Origin: Eukaryota sp. TZLM1-RC
Taxonomy: Eukaryota; Protista; Metamonada: BaSk clade
NCBI GenBank assembly: GCA_040285825.1
Contig: JAUPSS010000001.1
Location: 620,001 to 684,000 of the forward strand
Reading direction: 5' to 3'
Length of the DNA stretch: 64,000 nucleotides
This document shows positions 34,195-45,554 of this stretch, in pieces. Both the position numbers and the translations under genes were made by a program. Under the pieces are notes generated by a model. It ran no database searches. It had not been told where the DNA came from and was given only the letters and a program-made list of their open reading frames with translations. Every line of letters starts with the position of its first letter. Positions within the stretch are counted from its first letter, which is position 1.

Positions 34195-35660
34195 CCTTTT
34201 GTGAGAAATTGTTACTGTAATTTTTTAACAAATATATATATATTTTCTGCGAATAATCAAGTCAAATCAAAAGAAACTAAAACACACAAGAAACAAAACT
34301 ATTTGGGAACACTTCTGTACAAAGCGAAAATGATACGATTCTTCCATAAATTCCCTGCAAAATTGTTACTACTTGAACGACACAAATTACCAAAAATCAT
34401 TGATAAAATTCAAGGCGGATTGTCCAATGTTGCCAAAAATCGAAAAGACAAAAGTAACAAACGAAAACTTTGAGTAAAGATTCTTATTTAAATCATTTAA
34501 TATTGCAGTATATTTTCCTCTTTTTCGGTCTTCACTAAGTAATACATCATCACAATAAATAAAAGCAAAGGTATCTCTTGATCATCAGAATCGAGACTAA
34601 AACAATTATTGTTTCCAGACGCATGTGTGGAAATTTTTTTAAACTCTTGAGGAACTTCGTAATTGACTTGGCCTTTGTTTGTGAATCTTGCAAGGCTGTA
34701 GATTGTTCAAAATATTATACGTGTTACAGCACAGGTAACTCCTCTATCTTCTACCTTCCTTTTCAATTTGCTTCTGGAAATTTACTAATAATTTAAAAGA
34801 AGGAATATGGGATATCACACGGACATGGAAATTTGTTTGCTTAAAGCTAAAACAGTATTGTCTTACAACTCCAAAAATACTTGAAAATACTAACGGAAAC
34901 TGTTGCAGAGTTTATACCGGTTTAAAATTCGAATCAGATTTTTTGATCACTTAGAATTGTTGCAAAACCTGTATTGTTCTTCGATCGTGAACAAGACAAA
35001 TTGTTAAATAACATGCTCTTAATTGAACGTATTTTATTGTTCTAGTGTTCTAGTGTTTTATTCTAAGTGTTTCAAGAATATTCAGTTAACCAGAGAACGA
35101 TCTTTATGAAGAGCTATCAAAATTGCCACTTCATAATCTTTTATAGACTGGTTTTTACTTATAAATTTTGTTTTGTCAAATTCGATTTAAAAATAGGAAT
35201 TTATGCAAAATTCATCACTATTTCACAATGTTTGCAAAATTCCGATCTCCTTTGATGAAAAGAGTAAAATTAAAGAGTACAACGTACCCTTATCGTAGGT
35301 AGGATGTGTTGCGCATGTTAAGTATTATTATACAATTTTTATGGCTCACAGCAAACGCTTATCAAAAAAAGATTGTAATTTCATATCATCTGGTGTCAAT
35401 AAGATTATCCGTTGTGTCCTATCTTTTTCTGCTTTTGCTATTCATCCTTTAATGAATGAATTAATACAAGAATTTCAAGCTATTCAAATTACTGCTTATA
35501 TAAATGAAATTTTTAATTATTGGTCCAATTGCTTCATTGAGAAAAATTGTTAGAATTGTTCAACAACTATTATCAAATTAGTCTTTCCTTAAATATTTCT
35601 AAATGCTTGTTGATTGGTAAAGAGATTGCTGAACTGGTTATTGATGATCAAATTGTTCCT
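34195..35660. mobile_element. Mosaic of decayed RLE fragments (family C on minus, family A-like on plus)
   Basis: Matches 36680-37080, and on the opposite strand parts of the family A element near 7600-7870 and 8630-8850. Confidence 0.7.
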
Positions 35661-36650
35661 GATGAACAAATTTCCTAAGAAATTTGTTCTCAAAGTATTG
35701 AATTGACGTGCAGAATCATGAGAAATTGTGGGAGATGAAGAACGAAGAAGATGATTAATTTTTGATCCAAAACACACATTTAGAACCGAAAACGCTAAAT
35801 GTTTGTCAATTTCTAGATCTTGAATAGCCAAAAGTTGCTCTTCGATTTTTTTCAAAATACCTGACAAAATCGAATTAACTTTTTCACAAGTTCCAAATTT
35901 AAAGCCAAGAAAACGAATAACATTTTCTTCATAATCAAAGTATTTGATATATGTTTCATTAAATGCTACCCCAGCATCCTGATTACCAATAGTGAAACAC
36001 TTGGGCAATTTTATATCTAACACTGTTTGGACAGGACAACGAAATGTTGTACCCGTGCTGTAAAAGAAACAAAGGGCCGATAAGTGATAAATCATCTGCA
36101 TAAGCACATATATGAATGTCAGGAAAATCCAACTTAAATTTTACCAAAATTGATTGCAGTGCAAAGCAAAAGAAAAATGGACCCAATGGATGGACCTCTT
36201 GACGAAACAATATACTGAGAATGAAAAATTAAGTAAGAGGGTGATTCATACATCAATTTCAAATACGTCAAAAGTGGAGAATAATGTAGTTTAAGTTATT
36301 GTAAAATACTTGAGCGAAAAACCGTGTTGAAAGCATTTTTAGAATCAATGTTCAATAAATAATTCTCGCCTTTTTAATTGAAAAATAAATCTGTACACAA
36401 CGCAGCACAAATTGTGCCATCAGAAATGCCAATTGCAAACTGATAAGGACGAAAAAAATTAATTGCGGATGACTTAACTCTTTTAAAAGAAATAATTGCT
36501 GATAATCTCATTATGGACTCACCAACAGCAATAGGTCTGACACCACCCCCAGGCTTACTTAAAACAACTACACGAGATGCCATTAACGCTTGTGGTAATT
36601 TGAAACGTCCCATGATAACACTATTAAAAAGGAAAGCTAAATCATCCACG
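35661..36650 (-). mobile_element. Decayed RLE reverse transcriptase (family F)
   Basis: KPGGGVRPIAVGE, PLGPFFF, AYADD, HLLRS. Confidence 0.85.
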
Positions 36651-36679
36651 ATTTTTGCTTTTTTTCTTTTCTTTTTGTC

Positions 36680-37122
36680 TTTTGTGAGAAATTGTTACTG
36701 TAATTTTAACAAAAATATTCGTTTTCTACGCAGAATCAAATCAAATCAAATCAAAAGAAACTAAAACACACAAGAAACAAAATTATTTGGAAACACTTCT
36801 GTACAAAGCGAAAATGATACGATTCTTTCATAAATTCCCTGCAAAATTGTTACCACTTTGAACGACATAAATTATCAAAATCATTGATGAAATTCAAGGC
36901 GAACTGTCCAAAGTTGACAAAAATCGAAAAGGCAAACGGAACAAACGAAAACTTCGAATAAAGGTTCTTATTTAAATCATTTAATATCTCAGTATATTTA
37001 TCTCTCTTACGATCTTCAACCTTGTTTAAATGGCCATTAGTACTAAGTAAAACATCATCGCGATAAACAAAAGCAAAGGGATCAACTGTAGTGAAATCAA
37101 CAACAACTTGAAAGGAATCCAC
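36680..37122 (-). mobile_element. RLE family C 3' end
   Basis: VDFTTVDP, KRDKY, FVPFAFS; A-rich tail near 36652-36680. Confidence 0.8.
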
Positions 37123-37149
37123 AAAATTTCCATCTTTTATGCATAACTT

Positions 37150-37544
37150 TTAATCCAATAAAGAATAAAATAATCAAATACACAACTAAAGCTCCATATC
37201 CTCAAAGTGTGCCTCCTCTACCACAAAACAATCAATTACTAAAGATTCAGAATATTTCCCAAAAAAATGCAGAATGAATCAGAAATTAATTCACCATTCC
37301 CTTAAAAATAAATAATACAATCCGGTTTTGCCAGTCAACACACTTGAAAATTCTTCCAGTTCTTTCCTTTTCAACTACATCAAAATTCTTGACGGAGACC
37401 ATTGCAGCCTTATCCAAAGACCCAAGCAAGGAAAAACAAATGAACATAAAATGTATTGGGCATGTGAATATTCATTGACAAAAGAAGTATGTTTCACGAA
37501 TTAAAAAATTTTGTATTTTTCGCCAGCAAGAAGAAAACTATTTG
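37150..37544 (-). mobile_element. RLE family D 3' fragment
   Basis: Similar to 560-960. Confidence 0.75.
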
Positions 37545-38047
37545 ATGCCGTTAGGCAGATGAACACACGAAACAAAGAGAGAATTCTGAGTTTATAAAAT
37601 TAATTCATAAACCAATATCACGAAGAAATCTACTAAATCAATTTAAGTTAAACAACAACACTTTTTTCCGTTTTTTTTGAAGACATTGAGCAATACATGA
37701 ACACGGCAGAAAAAGAAGTTGTCCAATTTTTACGGTAATTTTTTTGACATCCTTACACACAGTTCAAATGTACATTTGTTGGTATAAGTCGAAAAGTCGA
37801 GATGAACAGAATGACATAACATATATTATTGACATTATTAGTCTCAATAAACTAGAAGGAACCGTCACATTCGCTACTGAAGAACAGCTAACCTGCATTC
37901 CAGGCTACACCTTCGGTTGTTGTTGAATTAAAATTGATTTAGTAGGGTTCTTTGTATTTCGACTGATCACGTTATACTCGATTATGAATCAGTTATTAAT
38001 GAACTTAGTGTTCTCTCTCCTTCGTGTGTTCATCTGCATAACGGCAT
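37545..38047. mobile_element. MITE-like element with long imperfect terminal inverted repeats
   Basis: ATGCCGTTAGGCAGATGAACACACGAA is inverted at 38021-38047, and the inverted similarity extends for about 115 bp. Confidence 0.75.
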
Positions 38048-38242
38048 TACCTTTTCATAGACAACGCAAAACTGAGTCAAAGTATATGGTTTAATTACCT
38101 TACGTGTTTTAAAGACGTTCACAGATGTTTGGTCATCAAACACCTGTATATTTTTCAAATTTATCTCAACTACTATCACCCATAAAAAACACCTGCAACC
38201 TCAAAAGATTTCGGAATAACAGAATGTGAATTTATGCATTTC

Positions 38243-38457
38243 CAATCAGCTCAATCAAAAATGCCACCTCACACAAGTTCACATACTGAATTCTGAACGC
38301 ATGTCATTCACAAATCAGGCCAAATCATTACGATATTTGCTCGATATTTCAATCAGCTCAATCAAAAAATGCCACCTCACACATGTTCACATACTGAATT
38401 CTGAACGCATGTCATTCACAAATCAGGCCAAATCATTACGATATTTGCTCGATATTT
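38243..38457. repeat. 107-bp tandem duplication
   Basis: Two near-identical units starting CAATCAGCTCAATC at 38243 and 38350. Confidence 0.9.
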
Positions 38458-38501
38458 AAACATAAGATTTTCAACGAACTACTGTTTTTTATCCTCACTA
38501 A

Positions 38502-38582
38502 TGTTGCCTTAGGTTGCAAAAGTGGTTGAGATAAAGATAATTTATTTTCCATTCATATTATAAAAGCCTAAGGGCACAAACA
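38502..38582. repeat. 81-bp solo LTR
   Basis: TG...CA ends, near-identical to 29733-29813, flanks CTAA and CCAA. Confidence 0.75.
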
Positions 38583-38820
38583 CCAAAGCACTCTTCACCA
38601 CTTCTCCAATCACATTCATGCGCTTCAACCTCTGTATAACATCAAGGGACAAACCAGATAAAATTGTGCCCACAGAAAAAAAATAATCTTAATAATTTTA
38701 TCTGAATTTGCTTTAAATGCTTGTTTATCCATACAGGTAGAGATTGCTTAACACCAGGTATTGAATTACCAATTTGAGCCAAATCGAGTCATTTTCTTTG
38801 GTCTCCCTACTGTTTCCACA

Positions 38821-39917
38821 TGTCAATATCCTCTTAGGGTCACTCCACTTCGCTCCTCCCCAGAAGCGCCGGCGTCAGGTCGCTCCCCGTGCTCGTTCTT
38901 CGACGACCACCACCTCTCCTGAAGTAAAAAAACCCCTTGTACAACATGTTCAGTGGTCTGATCAAGCTTGTTTACTGGGAATATTTAAATTATTTGGAAA
39001 AGCTTTTTGAGAATTATCAACAGGTTAAAGCAAAATTTTACACCAAATGTGGAATAAGTAAAGTAGTAGCTCAATTTGCTCAAGAACTGGTCAATGATCA
39101 TTCAATTCTCAACATGTTGTTTTTAGAAGATCCTCAGGAATTAAATATAGGTGCAAGTATTTCTGACTTACGACTGTGATTATCCAAAGATGATCATGGT
39201 CCCAACGTAATTAATACTGTAATTAAAAGACTTGATGTTTTCTATGACGACTTTGATCATGAGGAAGCTGATTATGATCAACCATTGTTGTCATTTTTCC
39301 CTGTAGTTGAGTTTGTTAAGATTGGTGGAGAGTCATTATGTGGTGAAAGGTTTGCTATAAATTTGACACATTCATCAAATCTTAAATGTTTAGAGCTTGA
39401 TTTTGAATCCGATGTAGAAGAATTACCCACTTCACTAGTGAAGTTAGTGCTGAAACACTATGCCATTGAGGTAAATGATTTAAGCTATCTCCCATTATTG
39501 AAAGAATTAGTGGTGAGTTGCTATTGTATTTCAGAAGGAATTTCAACAGGCGAAATTCATGTACCTCAATCTATTCGGAGATTGTAAATTGCTTTTTTCT
39601 TCGGAAGAACCTCCTGTCAATAATCAAATCAAATCTCCAAACTTGAAGGAATTCATTATTGATGATTTAATTCCGATCATTATCACTGAAAAAACTTTCC
39701 TTCTTTGAAATTCATTCAATTGACTAAATTTGAGGAAATTTTGTTCGATTCTCCCCCATCTCCAACAACTCTAATTAATCAAGGTTTAATTAAATCTGTT
39801 CAGTTAATCAGGAAAAATTATTTAGTTGAATTATCTTGTTTTCCATGGTGGATTCAGTATTCAGTGAATAAGGATTTGATTGATATTTTCGGTGACTATG
39901 TAGCTGAAAATAAATAA
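38821..39917 (+). pseudogene. Fragmented host gene with LRR-like repeats
   Basis: LKCLEL, LPTSLVKLVL and LPLLKELVV over several broken ORFs. Confidence 0.55.
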
Positions 39918-40462
39918 TCCTTCTGTTTTCTTTTAAGAAATCTTTCTTCCTATTTATTTCCATTTTGAACTTATCGATTCCGTTGTTTCATAATTAATTT
40001 CGTTTATTAGCCCTTTTATCTTGTAATTCTGCTGTAATAAGTCACTGTACTCTAGTTGAAAACATCATTTATGCGAATGTTGAATAAAAGTACATTTTGA
40101 GTTTGAATTTATCTGGCTTGTTTAAATGTTTATTTCATTAATAAATTGAATTTCTATAATTGAACATCATACAATGCTTCACTGAGCTTGAATTATGTCT
40201 TTACACCCAAGATCACCATTATAAATACAACTGTCTAATATCAATTTTTTCCTGTCAAAGTAGTTATACCAACATCCACACAGCAGAGATAACTCTATGA
40301 TGGCGATTTGATCAATTCCTAGAGTATGTGTACCTCAAAATATCAAAACCCATTAGAATGGTTTATGCCATTATCCTATATATATTAATGCGAGTGTGAG
40401 TGGGTGTTATATTCAATTAGTCTTTTCATAAAATAAATAACAGTGGTTTGATTGAATTCCTC

Positions 40463-41197
40463 ATGAAACTAACTGTTATAGGCCACTGGGCAGGATATCC
40501 TAAAGCTGATGACGCTACCTCTGGTTATTTGCTCCAGCACGATGGTTTCAATGTTCTTATTGATTGTGGTAGTGGTGTATTGTCCAACATGTTGCACTTC
40601 GTTTCTTACACCGAACTGCATGCAGTTGTCATCTCCCACTACCACCATGATCATATTGCTGACGTAGGTCCACTACAATACGCTAGGCTAGTGGAAACAC
40701 AGCTAGGCAAGGTGAATTCTCCACTCAAAGTATATGGCCCATCGTATGATCAGGATACACTGTCAAAGTTAAAGAAACCTCCATTTGTTGACACTGTTCC
40801 ATATGACCCGCAAAGCCGAAAAACAATAGGTCCGTTTGAGTTGGAATTTCATGAAAATATCCACTCAATTAAATCATTTGCCATTAAGGCTACTTGTGGA
40901 TCCAAATCAGTAGCTTATTCAGGAGACACTGCCTATCATGAGACATTGGCAGAGTTTGTGAGTGATGTAGATTTGTTCATTTGCGAGGCGAGCTTCTATC
41001 CTTGGCAAGATGCAGTGCCTTATGGACACTTAACAAGTACAGAAGCAGCGAGAATTGCTCAAAAAGCGTCAGTAAATCATCTTTTACTTACACATTTACC
41101 TCACTTCGGAAATGTAAACGAGTTGCTTGAGGATGCTAAGAAACATTTCGAACAGAGAACGAGTCTGGCATTCAAAGGGTGGTGTTGTGAGATATAG
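40463..41197 (+). CDS. MBL-fold metallo-hydrolase (YhfI / RNase Z-like, bacterial type)
   Basis: MKLTVIG, LIDCGSG, SHYHHDHIAD, YSGDT, LLTHLP; 244 aa from the ATG at 40463. Confidence 0.9.
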   Translation: MKLTVIGHWAGYPKADDATSGYLLQHDGFNVLIDCGSGVLSNMLHFVSYTELHAVVISHYHHDHIADVGPLQYARLVETQLGKVNSPLKVYGPSYDQDTLSKLKKPPFVDTVPYDPQSRKTIGPFELEFHENIHSIKSFAIKATCGSKSVAYSGDTAYHETLAEFVSDVDLFICEASFYPWQDAVPYGHLTSTEAARIAQKASVNHLLLTHLPHFGNVNELLEDAKKHFEQRTSLAFKGWCCEI

Positions 41198-41397
41198 TTG
41201 TTTTTGTGGTTTGATTCCATTGTGGTTTGATTCCATTGGAATGTGGAAGTGTAAAGAAAATGGTGTGTTAAAGTAACTACAAGTGATTCAATCAATCAAG
41301 ATGATTCAATCAATCAACATTTTGACACCATAAATTCAATAGACTTGATGACTAGACACTAGCATTAGTAGAGAAAAATTCGTTAATGAAACTTTAT

Positions 41398-43440
41398 TTA
41401 TAAGTCAAGTTTGAGACAACTTTTGACAAATTTCTTCAAAAAAGATTTCTTGACAAATTCAGGATCTTGGTTGACATTCCAATGCCCGTACTTTCTATAA
41501 CAAGAAGGGTCGTTTTTCATATCACACTTGTCGCCAAACTTGCACTTATAAGGAATCACTGGTATAGGTTCATGGGAAAATGTGAAGCGATGGAGAGGAT
41601 CCTTAAGACCTTCACAACTTACCCCATGTTCACATACTTCCAGCTCAACGTGGTCAAATAGTCTGCAGTGTTCCTCGTTTTCCACATCTTTACAAAATCC
41701 TGAATATCGACATATATGTTTAAACCCCCTTAAATGCTTGGCTCCCTCGGAGGTCTTTCCCATATGATCCACATAGTAATACTCGCAGGTATAAGGATTA
41801 GGACATTGAGGTAGTTCAGAGTTTATTTTAGGAGCACTTTTAGTAATACAGGAAGATCTTGGTTTTTGAAACGATTTTGTGGATGTAAAATGTTGAAAAA
41901 ATGTTCGATGGGATAGTGAAGCCAACTGGTTACAATTTTTAAAGGGACAACGTGGGACATGGTGAAATTTTGAAATATGATCTCTTTCTTCAACACGTTG
42001 GCAGGGAAAGAGCAAATCATGACATGGAAGCATAAAATTTCGAGAATTTTGAATTAAATCGTATTTAATTAAATCTTGGCATTGTGCTAGACAATCCCCA
42101 AATCCACTAAATATAATTGAATCAAAAAACTTGTGAAAAATGGAAAGTGCAAATGATATAACAGTCATTGCACCAGGAATAGGGTTTCTGAAAGCTCCAC
42201 AACCAAGAGGGCAAATCACCAAATGAGTAATTCCGTGTTTAATGGCAGCTAAAAAGACACAAGTCCATCTCTTGTATAGTAATTGTAAATCATCAAAATG
42301 AGCATAGTCTTCACCAAAGTTTTCAACTTCCTTTTTTTGTGGATTTTGAGGAGCAGCAGTACTTATAATGGTAACTCTTTGTGGTTTTTCAAGCAATTGA
42401 CATCCAGTAGCTTCCGTTGTTTTGAAAATTTCCACATTTTCGGTAACTACAACATCAATTTTAGCTGTTTTCCATGGATATGCTACCCTTTGGCCAGAAA
42501 CTACCTGTCCACCATACTGTTCAGGATCCAAAGCAGCACCTAGAGTTGTTCTTCTGAAAAGTGATTCTTCCTGAGCACTGGCACCCGTGAGATAACCACC
42601 ACCAGGATGTTCCTCATTAGCCATGTTGAGGACACCAACACGGTTAGTGGCAGGATCAAGGCCAATCGCACATTCAAGACAGTCTTTTTCCAAAAATTCG
42701 ATCGGTTTAACATCATTAGTTGCAAAAAAATCAAAATCCTGATTAAAAAAATCGTCAAAAAAATAGACAGAATTACATAGCAAATTACAATTCAATCTAA
42801 TAAAGGATTCACCATTCAGAGCATAACCATTGGCATTCACGACTCTCAAAGTCTGAGCTAATATGATGCACAACACAAGCCTATAACAATTGTTGAATCT
42901 TCGTCTGAGAGAGGGAAGGTCATAGGAAATGATTAGGAAATGGATTAATTGATCATTGTAATTTTCGACTAAATTTCCATAGTAATGCAGAGCCAAATCA
43001 ACATGGGCCTTTTCTTCGGCAAAACAAACAGGATACGCAAGAGCAGGATTGAATTCCTCAACCAAAACTAATGTAATTTCTCTATTTTTCCCTTTAATTC
43101 TACAATTAAAAATCGTACCTCTTTTTAGAACACATTCATCCTCTGTGCTGACCAGAACAACTCTTCTATCCCCAAACAAAGTGATCTTGTGCTTTGTGGA
43201 AGTGAGGCTCTGGTCAATGACGTGTTTCAGAGTTGAGAAATTTGGACAAGGAATGAAGACTAGTTCGAATAAATAGAATTCATTAAAAGAAATTCTAAAA
43301 TTTTGGTTGGAAGTTTCAATTGATTGAATGATCTCTGATTGATCTTCTTTTGAAAAGACCAAATATTCGAACAATGAAATGTCAGCCAATATTTGGTCAT
43401 TTAGATAGATTGTCTGTGAATTCGGTAATAGTTGAGCCAA
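41398..43440 (-). CDS. Bacterial-type poly(ADP-ribose) glycohydrolase (DUF2263/TIGR02452-like) with C-terminal PBZ-like Zn fingers
   Basis: LNMANEEHPGGGYLTGASAQEESLFRRT and LGCGAFRNP; about six Cx4-6C...Hx5H repeats. Confidence 0.85.
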   Translation of the reverse strand: MAQLLPNSQTIYLNDQILADISLFEYLVFSKEDQSEIIQSIETSNQNFRISFNEFYLFELVFIPCPNFSTLKHVIDQSLTSTKHKITLFGDRRVVLVSTEDECVLKRGTIFNCRIKGKNREITLVLVEEFNPALAYPVCFAEEKAHVDLALHYYGNLVENYNDQLIHFLIISYDLPSLRRRFNNCYRLVLCIILAQTLRVVNANGYALNGESFIRLNCNLLCNSVYFFDDFFNQDFDFFATNDVKPIEFLEKDCLECAIGLDPATNRVGVLNMANEEHPGGGYLTGASAQEESLFRRTTLGAALDPEQYGGQVVSGQRVAYPWKTAKIDVVVTENVEIFKTTEATGCQLLEKPQRVTIISTAAPQNPQKKEVENFGEDYAHFDDLQLLYKRWTCVFLAAIKHGITHLVICPLGCGAFRNPIPGAMTVISFALSIFHKFFDSIIFSGFGDCLAQCQDLIKYDLIQNSRNFMLPCHDLLFPCQRVEERDHISKFHHVPRCPFKNCNQLASLSHRTFFQHFTSTKSFQKPRSSCITKSAPKINSELPQCPNPYTCEYYYVDHMGKTSEGAKHLRGFKHICRYSGFCKDVENEEHCRLFDHVELEVCEHGVSCEGLKDPLHRFTFSHEPIPVIPYKCKFGDKCDMKNDPSCYRKYGHWNVNQDPEFVKKSFLKKFVKSCLKLDL

Positions 43441-43443
43441 ATT

Positions 43444-45115
43444 TTAGTCAATAACAGAATGATTAATTGGTGATCCATCTTCGACAACGACTGTGATCGA
43501 CGTCAAGGCTAAAATTTTAGAAGTTTGATCTCTTCCCCTGCTCTTGAGCTCTACTATTTCCTTTTGCTTATCCATTAATTTTTGTTTCAATTTTTGAATC
43601 AATTGATTGTTTTTTTCATTATTATTGACCGCCAACTGATCACTGTTAGTGGACACTTCTGAAATTTCTGCCTTTAAACCCAAAACTTCCTTTTCCAAAT
43701 TTTCAATGATTTCCGATCGGTCGGCTACACAATTTTTCAAAGAGTCAATGATAGCAACAAATTTTTCATTAATTTCTTTAATTTTCCCATATTGCCCTTC
43801 TAATTCATCATGAGAGTCAGAAAGATCCTTGAAAGCTGATTCTGATTGGTTCAAGGAAACAGAAAGTGATTTAATAACTGATGAATAATTGGTAGATTTT
43901 TCGAAAAGATCACAAAAAAGATCATAAAGCTCATTGAAAGAAGTTGAAAATGTTTTGAATTCTGAACGTTGTGACTGAATGGTTTCCTCTAACTGAGTAA
44001 GTTTTGACTCCAATTCAACAATTAACGTAGACTTAAATTGAATTTCTGTATTCAATTCAGCAATCAAGTCTTGATTATTCTTGATTGATTGACAATTTGA
44101 TTGATTCTCGGTTGATAATTCCGAATTACTGGCTTTAAGTGACATAATTTCCGATTCCAGTGATTCTTTTTCAGACGTTAGAGATTTGATTTGAGTAGTT
44201 AATTCAGCAATTGATGAATTTAATTCTGCAAATTTAGAACTTTTCATCAATAATTCTTGATTCTTTGAATTAATTTCAGCATCTTTTTCTTTCAATAATT
44301 CAGTTTTATCACCATTATTTTTTTCATTTTTCTTAATTTCTTCTTTTAATTCACTATTCAACAGACCCAACTCATCTAATGCACTTGATAATTCATAATT
44401 TTTACTGTTAATTAAGGTGATTTCAACTTTTAACTCAGTAATAATTGAGTTTAACTGTTCCTTTTCCAGAATTAATTCCTTTTCACTCTCCGAGTTACTA
44501 CTAATTTTTGCTTTAATTTGATCCAATTCAAGTTCTCTTTCGGATATAACACTACCTAATTTTTCTTTTTCTAGCACAACCAAGTTATAATTTGTTTCTA
44601 ATCTAACCAACGAGTCAGTTTTGAGCTGACAAGTTTTCTGACATTCTGAATTTTTCGAAGTGATCTCTTCTAACTGAGACTTAAAATTTTAACACTGTTC
44701 CTCAGTCAAGGTTAAATTTGACCGAAGCTCTTGAATTTTATCGGAAATGTCTTGATTTTTGAGCTTCCAAGTCTTGTTTTTCTTCACTAACTTTGTTGAA
44801 ATTTCGTTGTAATTTTTCATAAAGTTTTGATAATTCCTGATTTTTTGACCGTCATGTCATTTAATTGATTGGTAACGTCAGCAATTTTGACCTTATCAGA
44901 TTCTACTTTGGCTTTCAAATGATTAATCTCTTCCTTTAAAAATCCAACTTGTCGTTGATTGAGCTTCTTTGATTCAAGCTCAAAGTTTTTAAAATTTTGT
45001 TCCAAAATTTCGTAATCTGACTTTGACTCTGCAAGACTTTGGGTTAATTCTTCACATTCCTGTTCGAATTCAGCAGACTTCCGTTGAAAACCTTTCAACT
45101 TGCCAATTTGAGACA
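43444..45115 (-). pseudogene. Long coiled-coil region, in frame with the PARG ORF and 5'-truncated by an RLE fragment
   Basis: Heptad-rich ORFs 43444..44610 and 44817..45116; the junction reads GAC TAA AAT TTG into the PARG frame. Confidence 0.7.
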
Positions 45116-45470
45116 AACATAGAAAATATGATAAACTTATTGAAGAGGCTAATGTCGATAGAAATACACAGCTGGTTTTTATTGCTTTCCCATTTTCGAT
45201 AAATGGAAGATGATCAGTTGAAGCAGAAACTTTTTTGGATGACTTCCAAAAAATGGTGCAAGAAAAAACAATGAAAGATTTGATATTTTTTTATGGCGAT
45301 CACGAGATTCAATTTGCCATTATTAAAAGATTACCTCGGTTTTTCAATCGAATTAGAGGAGCTTTAGCTAGACAGCAAGCAGATCAAGATTTTGTAGAGG
45401 AAATCTTGGTTCAATGATAGTCGTCCCATTAGTAATGAATTAATTAATTTAAGTGTGCAAATTCAATAAA
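45116..45470 (+). mobile_element. RLE family B 3' end
   Basis: KHRKY...DFVEEILVQ*, similar to 30127-30483. Confidence 0.85.
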
Positions 45471-45554
45471 TACATATATTCAATGTTCGATTTTCACTTT
45501 TCGTTCAGGTTCAGGTGTTGACGAAAGATCATATCTCAACTACACCTTGGAACC

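Noticed and set aside
43444-43446. TAA/TAG reassigned to Gln
   Set aside because: Piezo, both kinases, the MBL hydrolase and PARG end at TAA or TAG at the expected C-termini, and long ORFs have no internal TAR.
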